Source: Chloroflexota bacterium
GTDB taxonomy: Bacteria > Chloroflexota > UBA11872 > VXOZ01
Direction: 5' to 3'
Length of the DNA stretch: 64,000 bases
NCBI GenBank assembly: GCA_964291655.2
Contig: OZ219802.1
Coordinates: forward strand, 2,336,001-2,400,000
In this document: positions 58,275-64,000 of the stretch, in pieces
How positions within the stretch are numbered: the stretch's first letter is position 1
How the letters are laid out: every line of letters starts with the position of its first letter
Notes under the pieces: model-generated
The model's database searches: none
Told to the model about the DNA's origin: nothing
The model's input: the letters and a program-made list of their open reading frames with translations, nothing else
Made by a program: the position numbers and the translations under genes

Positions 58275-58877
58275 ATGAAGAGGATTGCCTTGGTAGGAAT
58301 ACACATGATCAGACGAGATTCATCCGGCGGCGATGAATTTGCTTGTACGCAATTCCGGTTTGTGAAGCCGCGCACACTGTCTGTGACATTTCGCACAGCC
58401 TTGCTCTGTGCTGCGCTCTTGCTCAATTTTGTTCCGGCCGCAGCGGGAGCGGCGAGTATCGACGAGCAGACCGTGACCATTGCCAAGCAGCTCAAGTGCC
58501 CGGTTTGCCAGAATGTGCCGGTAGCGTACTCTCAAGCACAATTGGCAGGAGAGATGCGGCAAGTGATTCGCGAGAAACTGGCGCAAGGCGAGAGCGAAGA
58601 CGCCATCATCCAGTACTTTGTCGACCGCTATGGCGAGGACGTGCTGCTTGAGCCGCGCCGGGAGGGCTTTAGTCTCTGGCTGTGGATATCCTCTATCGGC
58701 GTGCTGCTCTTTGGCGCCGCCGTCGCTGGCGCCGTGCTTTGGAATTGGAGCCAAACCCGGCCTGCATCTTCCACCGGTACATTAGCTCCTACCGACTCTT
58801 CGCAAACACCCTCCAGCAGGTTGGAGCAAGTCTTCGAGGATGAGTTTGCGCGCTACAAGCAGGACAAGCGCACATGA
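58275..58877 (+). CDS. ccmH: CcmH thiol-oxidoreductase
   Basis: LKCPVCQN, YFVDRYGEDVLLEP, following TM. Confidence 0.9.
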   Translation: MKRIALVGIHMIRRDSSGGDEFACTQFRFVKPRTLSVTFRTALLCAALLLNFVPAAAGAASIDEQTVTIAKQLKCPVCQNVPVAYSQAQLAGEMRQVIREKLAQGESEDAIIQYFVDRYGEDVLLEPRREGFSLWLWISSIGVLLFGAAVAGAVLWNWSQTRPASSTGTLAPTDSSQTPSSRLEQVFEDEFARYKQDKRT

Positions 58878-60304
58878 GCGTACTGGTCTTTGGAGGCGTG
58901 TTCGGGGTGGCTGCGCTGCTGTGGGTTGTGTGGCCGCTTGTGCGGCGCAAGGGCGCCCACGCGCCAGTTGTGGCCGATGGTGCCCGCGACGACCTCGCTG
59001 AACGCACGTTGCTGCTCTACCAGGAATTGGAAGAAATCGACCTAGAGCACGAGCACGGCGACCTCACAGAAGCTGAGTACGCGGCTTTGCGGGAGGCACA
59101 GAAGCAACGGGTACTCGCCCTGCTCGAAGCGCGGCAAAGCGAAAGAGGCGCATTGGGCGATGCGACCGAAGTCAGTGATACGAACGCGCTTAATGACGCC
59201 TCCGCTAAGAGCGAAGTCTCCGCTAAGAGCGAGGTCTCCGCTAAGAGCGAGGTCTCCGCTAAGAGCGAAGTCTCCGCTAAGAGCGAGGTCTCCGCTAAGA
59301 GCGACGCCTCCGCTATGAGCGATGCCATCGAACAAGAGGTCCTACGCATTCGCGGGCGGTTTCGAGGGGAGCCGAAGACACCTGCCGACCTTTCGCCTTC
59401 TGCGGAGACTTCAGCGCCTGCCATGGCGCGCCGCATGCATTGGCTATGGGTTGGCGTACCGGTCGTTTTGGTGCTGCTTGCATTCGGCGCAATCTATCAA
59501 CTCTATAGCTCTTCGGCCCGCACGCTTACCGAGCAATCGCCAATTGCACAGATCGACGCCACGGCATTGGTAGGAATTGCCTACGTCGCGCCTGGGGAAG
59601 TATTGATGGCAAGTGTCGACGGTTTACAGGAGAGCCGCGACGGGGGGCGTTCCTGGACGCAAAGCACGCTCGATGCTGTGCCCGCCGCTATTGCCGTATC
59701 ACCTGCCGGTGATGGATATGCCTATGTGTTTACGGCGGACAGTGTGCACGTGACCGCCGATGCCGGACGCTCCTGGCAGACCTTGCCGGATTCGTTGCCG
59801 GACGCGGCAATACTTGCGGCTGCGGTGAATCCCTATGTGCCTACGCAAGTCTACGCGAGTTTTGCCGGCACCGGTCTCTATCGCTCCCAGGACGGTGGGA
59901 GATCGTGGGGTCCGGTTGCTACGCCGGACGACGAGAGTATCGTGGCGATTCTCGTAAGCGGGAGCGCTCCGCTGCTCTTCATTGCGACAGAATCAGGTAG
60001 AGTGCAGGTGAGCAGCGATGAGGGTGCGACGTGGCGGGCAGCGAGCGGTGCGGTGACCATGGCATTGCGGGGCCCCGTGCGCGCCTTGTCCGGCGCTGCG
60101 GACGGCAGCGTGCTCTATGCCGCTTCCCACACCGGACTGTACTTGTCGACAGCGGCGGGCCAGACCTGGGTAGACTTGCCCTTGCGCAAGCCACTTGCCG
60201 CAGTCGCGGTAGACCCGGCATCCGCCCGCACGGTGCTCGCTGTGACGGAGACTGGCGAGGTATATCGCAGCACCGACGGCGGTATTGCGTGGAGAGATGA
60301 ATAG
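58874..60304 (+). CDS. CcmI-like N-terminus fused to Asp-box (BNR) beta-propeller
   Basis: TM, LYQELEEIDLEHEHGDLTEAEY CcmI-like motif, second TM, six S/TxDxGxxW-type boxes. Confidence 0.78.
   Translation: MSVLVFGGVFGVAALLWVVWPLVRRKGAHAPVVADGARDDLAERTLLLYQELEEIDLEHEHGDLTEAEYAALREAQKQRVLALLEARQSERGALGDATEVSDTNALNDASAKSEVSAKSEVSAKSEVSAKSEVSAKSEVSAKSDASAMSDAIEQEVLRIRGRFRGEPKTPADLSPSAETSAPAMARRMHWLWVGVPVVLVLLAFGAIYQLYSSSARTLTEQSPIAQIDATALVGIAYVAPGEVLMASVDGLQESRDGGRSWTQSTLDAVPAAIAVSPAGDGYAYVFTADSVHVTADAGRSWQTLPDSLPDAAILAAAVNPYVPTQVYASFAGTGLYRSQDGGRSWGPVATPDDESIVAILVSGSAPLLFIATESGRVQVSSDEGATWRAASGAVTMALRGPVRALSGAADGSVLYAASHTGLYLSTAAGQTWVDLPLRKPLAAVAVDPASARTVLAVTETGEVYRSTDGGIAWRDE
59201..59326 (+). 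repeat. Seven in-frame 18-bp tandem repeats (SAKSEV)
   Basis: TCCGCTAAGAGCGA(A/G)GTC x5 plus two degenerate units. Confidence 0.95.
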
Positions 60305-61782
60305 TGACAGGCACCACGAGACAGCAATTGTATTGCCCCGCACGTAGTCCGTCAGTCCCGCGAAAGCGGGAATCCATCCGCTCCGGCACAGCGAGCAACT
60401 CGACTGTAGAACGTACAATCGCCCCCCGCAGCCGCTCATTGCCAAGGAATGACGCGCCCGGACTGTCATTCCCACGAAAGCGGGAATCCATCCGCTCCGG
60501 CGCGACGAGCAACTCAACCGGCGAATGTACGTTCGCCTCCCACTTACGCTTCTTGCCAAGGCGCCTCGCGGGAGCACTGTTCTGCAGCATTCTCCTGGTC
60601 TTCTTGCTCCCCTCTACTCTCGCAGCGGCAGACGGCGTCATTTCAGGTACCGTTGTCAACGGCACCGCGGGTGGCAGCGTACCGGCTGACATAGCAGTGA
60701 CCCTTTACTTCCTCCGTGATGGTGAGATTGTAGAACAGCGCACGCAGGTTATCGACGCTGAAGCCGCATACCGATTCTCCGACCTTCCTACCGATCCCAC
60801 ACTAGGCTTTGTCCTGGTGGCTGCTCATGCGCGTGTGCCGTACAACACCCCGGAGTTGCAGTTCGCCGAGAGCACCGAGATTCAAGCGCCGCCGATCATC
60901 ATTTATGATGTAAGCCAGGATGCGGGTGTGGTGCGAGTCTTGACCGACGTGCTCATCATCGCTCCGATGGAAGAAGGCAGCGGCATGCTTGCCGTCATCG
61001 AGGTGGTGAAGCTGGCGAACGAAAGCGACCGCACGTACCTTGCCACCGGCGTTGCAAGTGGTGGGGCGGTGATGGACAGGGTGCTGCGCTTCGCCCTTCC
61101 TCCAGATGCCCAAGACCTCACGATGCTGAGCGGGCTCAATGCGCAGAATATCGTGCAGATCGACCGCGGATTCGGCGTCTTCATGCCGCTGCCGCCGGGC
61201 GAACGGGAAGTAGCATTTGGCTACCAGGTGCCCTACTCCGGCAGCACGCTAGACCTCACCAAACGCATGGTGTACCCCACCGAACAGTTTGCCGTCTTTG
61301 CGCTTGAAGAGCATGGATTGCGCTTCGAAACGAAACAACTGGAGATCCAGGCCACGCCAATTGGCGACCGGCGTTACCTGGTGGGGTCTACCGACTCGCT
61401 GGCGGCGCGGGCAGAGGTAGCGGTGCAAGTTCAAGGCTTACCCGCGCCATCACTGCGAGTGCGGCTTGAGCGCTTAGTAGATCGTGTGGGCGGGTCCCAG
61501 GCCGGCATCTTTGGCGCGCTAGGGGTGGTTCTGGTACTGCCCCTGCTCTATGCGGTCTATCGAATGCGCGGCGGCTGGCGGCGCAAAGCGGCTCGGACGC
61601 CGGTTGCCCCGGCCGCAACTCCCGATACCGGCGAAGCGTTGCTGCTTGAAATCGCCCAACTCGATGATGACTTTGCGGCCGGCACCATAGTTGAAGACGA
61701 CTATCGGCGGCGGCGTGCGGATATGAAGCAGCGCTTGATGGACCACTATCAGGAGCGGGGCGAAGAGGGTGGCGATGAGTGA
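60304..61782 (+). CDS. Ccm-associated membrane protein: carboxypeptidase-regulatory-like beta-sandwich, TM, C-terminal CcmI-like motif
   Basis: GVISGTVVNGT..YRFSDL; TM; LLLEIAQLDDDFAAGTI..DDY; start uncertain. Confidence 0.72.
   Translation: MTGTTRQQLYCPARSPSVPRKRESIRSGTASNSTVERTIAPRSRSLPRNDAPGLSFPRKRESIRSGATSNSTGECTFASHLRFLPRRLAGALFCSILLVFLLPSTLAAADGVISGTVVNGTAGGSVPADIAVTLYFLRDGEIVEQRTQVIDAEAAYRFSDLPTDPTLGFVLVAAHARVPYNTPELQFAESTEIQAPPIIIYDVSQDAGVVRVLTDVLIIAPMEEGSGMLAVIEVVKLANESDRTYLATGVASGGAVMDRVLRFALPPDAQDLTMLSGLNAQNIVQIDRGFGVFMPLPPGEREVAFGYQVPYSGSTLDLTKRMVYPTEQFAVFALEEHGLRFETKQLEIQATPIGDRRYLVGSTDSLAARAEVAVQVQGLPAPSLRVRLERLVDRVGGSQAGIFGALGVVLVLPLLYAVYRMRGGWRRKAARTPVAPAATPDTGEALLLEIAQLDDDFAAGTIVEDDYRRRRADMKQRLMDHYQERGEEGGDE
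60351..60570 (+). repeat. Two 114-bp tandem units, each starting with REP-B, in frame within the ORF
   Basis: GTCA(G/T)TCCC(G/A)CGAAAGCGGGAATCCATCCGCTCCGGC at 60351 and 60465; encodes PRKRESIRSG twice. Confidence 0.85.
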
Positions 61783-62512
61783 TTCGGGACCTGCCGCGGC
61801 GGAACCGGCCGTTGAGGCGCGAGGGCTTGCGAAGTATTACGGTCCTCAGGTCGCGCTGGATCAGGTGGACCTGTCTCTCGGCGAAGGCGAACGTCTAGCG
61901 GTTCTCGGATCTAACGGCGCCGGCAAGACGACGCTGATTGACTTGCTAGGGACGACGCTGCGACCGTCGGCGGGCACGCTGCGGGTCATGGGTTTTGATA
62001 GCGCCGATGCGCCGAACGAGGTGCGACGACGCGTTGGTGTCGTCGCGCACCGTACCTACCTTTACGAGGAGCTCTCGGCACGTGAAAACTTGCTTTTCTA
62101 CGGCCGGCTTTACGGGGTGCAAGACCCGGAAGCTCGCGTTGAAGGGTTGCTGAAACTCGTAGGCATATTCCCCCGGCGCCACGAACAGATTGGCAATCTA
62201 TCCCGGGGCATGCAGCAGCGCGTGGCCCTGGCCCGGGCCCTTGTGCATGACCCCGCTGTGCTGCTCCTGGACGAACCCGACACCGGCTTGGACCAAGAGC
62301 ATCTAGATCTTTTGGCCTCGCTCGTGCAAGGCAACGCTATACCTCCCCGGACGACAGTACTGACCACCCACAACGCCGATCGCGCGCTCGCGTTGTGCAA
62401 TCGCGTCGCAGTGCTCGCCCAGGGACGTTTGGTCTATCAAGCCGCGATAGCCGATCTTGATCGCACAGCCCTGCACGACGCATTCCGGCGCCAGGCGGGA
62501 GCAGCGCAGTGA
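61775..62512 (+). CDS. ccmA: Heme ABC exporter ATP-binding subunit CcmA
   Basis: GSNGAGKTT, LSRGMQQR, LLLDEP; operon context. Confidence 0.9.
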   Translation: MSDSGPAAAEPAVEARGLAKYYGPQVALDQVDLSLGEGERLAVLGSNGAGKTTLIDLLGTTLRPSAGTLRVMGFDSADAPNEVRRRVGVVAHRTYLYEELSARENLLFYGRLYGVQDPEARVEGLLKLVGIFPRRHEQIGNLSRGMQQRVALARALVHDPAVLLLDEPDTGLDQEHLDLLASLVQGNAIPPRTTVLTTHNADRALALCNRVAVLAQGRLVYQAAIADLDRTALHDAFRRQAGAAQ

Positions 62513-63177
62513 GTCTCGCCCTGCGGCAAGTCCTGGCTGTTGTCCGGAAAGACCTTCTGGTTGAAGCGCGGGCGCGTGACCTGTTGCTCGTGATGCTCAC
62601 ATTTGCCGTGCTGTCTCTTGTCATCTTCAATCTTGCCCTGGATCTCTGGGGGCCAGTGGTGGAGCAAGTTGGCCCCGGCTTGCTGTGGCTGACGATAACG
62701 TTTGCCGCAATGCTGGGCATGGGGCGAACCTTCGTGCGCGAGTACGAGCGGGGCACCCTTACTGGTCTGCTCCTTGCGCCGATAGACCGGGGCACACTCT
62801 TCATCGGAAAGTTGCTGGCAAATCTCATATTCCTTTTCATAATGGAAGCGGTCACGCTGCCCATGTTTGCCCTGCTTTTCAACCTGCCGGTGCTTCAGCC
62901 GTCCGTGATTTTTGTTACCGCATTGGGCACGCTGGGTTTCGCTATCCTCGGTACAATGTTCTCCGCCATGGCGGCGCACAGCCGGGCGCGCGAAGCGCTG
63001 CTGCCGCTCCTGCTGTTGCCCACCACCGTGCCTGTGCTCATCGGCGCGGTGAAAGCGACCAGCGATGCCATGAGCGGCACCGAGGGCGGTCCACCGTGGA
63101 TCGGTCTGCTCATTGCTTTCAACGTGATATTCTTGACTCTCTCGTACTTGTTGTTTGAACACGCCTTAGAGGGATGA
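62509..63177 (+). CDS. ccmB: Heme exporter membrane subunit CcmB
   Basis: KDLLVEAR, EYERGTLTGLLLAP, IGK, LLPLLLLP..VPVLI. Confidence 0.95.
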   Translation: MSLALRQVLAVVRKDLLVEARARDLLLVMLTFAVLSLVIFNLALDLWGPVVEQVGPGLLWLTITFAAMLGMGRTFVREYERGTLTGLLLAPIDRGTLFIGKLLANLIFLFIMEAVTLPMFALLFNLPVLQPSVIFVTALGTLGFAILGTMFSAMAAHSRAREALLPLLLLPTTVPVLIGAVKATSDAMSGTEGGPPWIGLLIAFNVIFLTLSYLLFEHALEG

Positions 63178-63444
63178 ATTCGGCCTCATGGTTCGAGAGA
63201 AAGTAACAATACAATGGTAAACTGGATGCCGGAGCCTATTAAGCTCGCTTCACAAAGATTCTCACCCATTAATGTATGCTCGAGAGGCAAAGCAAACGGC
63301 GACAGTTAGCCACAGTCTTCGCGTTGCGCCGCGTTCGTGACAGAATCAGCGGACGATGCGAGGAACCGCGGACGCTGACGCGGGTGAAGAGTCGTTGTAG
63401 TCCTCAGATCATGCATCGCAATGTTACTGGAGGAAAGGAGGCCG

Positions 63445-64000
63445 ATGTTGCTGAGCAGGAATGAAGGCGGCGTGAGGAGATGGATCGACGACATTCTCGG
63501 CATTGCTACATTGGTCGGTATGGTGGTGGCGCTTTGGCTCATCCTCATCTACACCCCCGTTGAGCTCGTGCAAGGCGCGTCGCAGAAAGTCTTCTACATC
63601 CACCTGGCGTCGATCTGGAATGCCTATCTGAGCTTCTTTTTCGTCTTTGTGGCGAGCATTTTGTATCTCCGGCGGGCAAGCCCGGCCACAGACAGATTTG
63701 CACGTGCGTGGGCGGAGGTTGGCGTAATCTTCATCTCGATCACGCTGATCAGCGGAGCGATTTGGGGTAAGCCGATTTGGGGAACGTACTGGAGTTGGGA
63801 CCCGCGTCTTACCACCACGCTCTTGCTGTGGATTATTTACGTGGTCTACCTCATGCTACGGGGGTTCGTGGGCGATCCCGAACGCGGCCGGCGCTATGCG
63901 GCAATCGTTGGCATCATTGGTTTCATAGACGTGCCCATCGTGCACATGTCGGTACGTTGGTGGCGCACGTTGCATCCGGATCCCATCGTGGCCAGAGCAG
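63445..64000 (+). CDS. ccmC: CcmC heme delivery protein (3' end beyond window)
   Basis: Manual translation from ATG 63445 (RBS AAGGAGG): FYIHLA, GAIWGKPIWGTYWSWDPRLTT, VPIVHMSVRWWRTLHP; absent from the ORF track because it has no stop in the window. Confidence 0.95.
   Translation, partial: MLLSRNEGGVRRWIDDILGIATLVGMVVALWLILIYTPVELVQGASQKVFYIHLASIWNAYLSFFFVFVASILYLRRASPATDRFARAWAEVGVIFISITLISGAIWGKPIWGTYWSWDPRLTTTLLLWIIYVVYLMLRGFVGDPERGRRYAAIVGIIGFIDVPIVHMSVRWWRTLHPDPIVARA

Overview
Bacterial chromosomal window, GC-rich by eye and most likely Chloroflexota (inferred from the LGFP-like repeat surface protein, Tat-lipoprotein solute-binding proteins and the Cys-type CcmE). Housekeeping genes (rel, recJ, hom-thrC, ftsH, mutM, a heterodimeric ABC exporter, a ccm cytochrome c maturation operon truncated at the right edge) alternate with catabolic genes (Ldh2, amidohydrolases, MFS, Gfo/Idh/MocA, enolase-family dehydratase, creatininase, M55 peptidase). 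No transposase, integrase catalytic domain, cas gene, rRNA or tRNA was recognised. The intergenic DNA is dense with at least four REP-like hairpin families and several transposase-free elements with terminal inverted repeats. Best leads: (1) a ~1.1 kb inverted-repeat-bounded cassette with a DUF5678-like protein plus a retropepsin-like protease; (2) a 288-bp TGT..ACA MITE inserted twice into the same REP family with 5-bp target duplications; (3) tandem arrays of truncated REPs that end in one intact REP; (4) a Rel enzyme with a duplicated zinc-finger domain; (5) a stand-alone tyrosine-recombinase core-binding-like protein with a near-consensus promoter; (6) a variant Ccm system. All family calls come from motif recognition by eye, not database searches.
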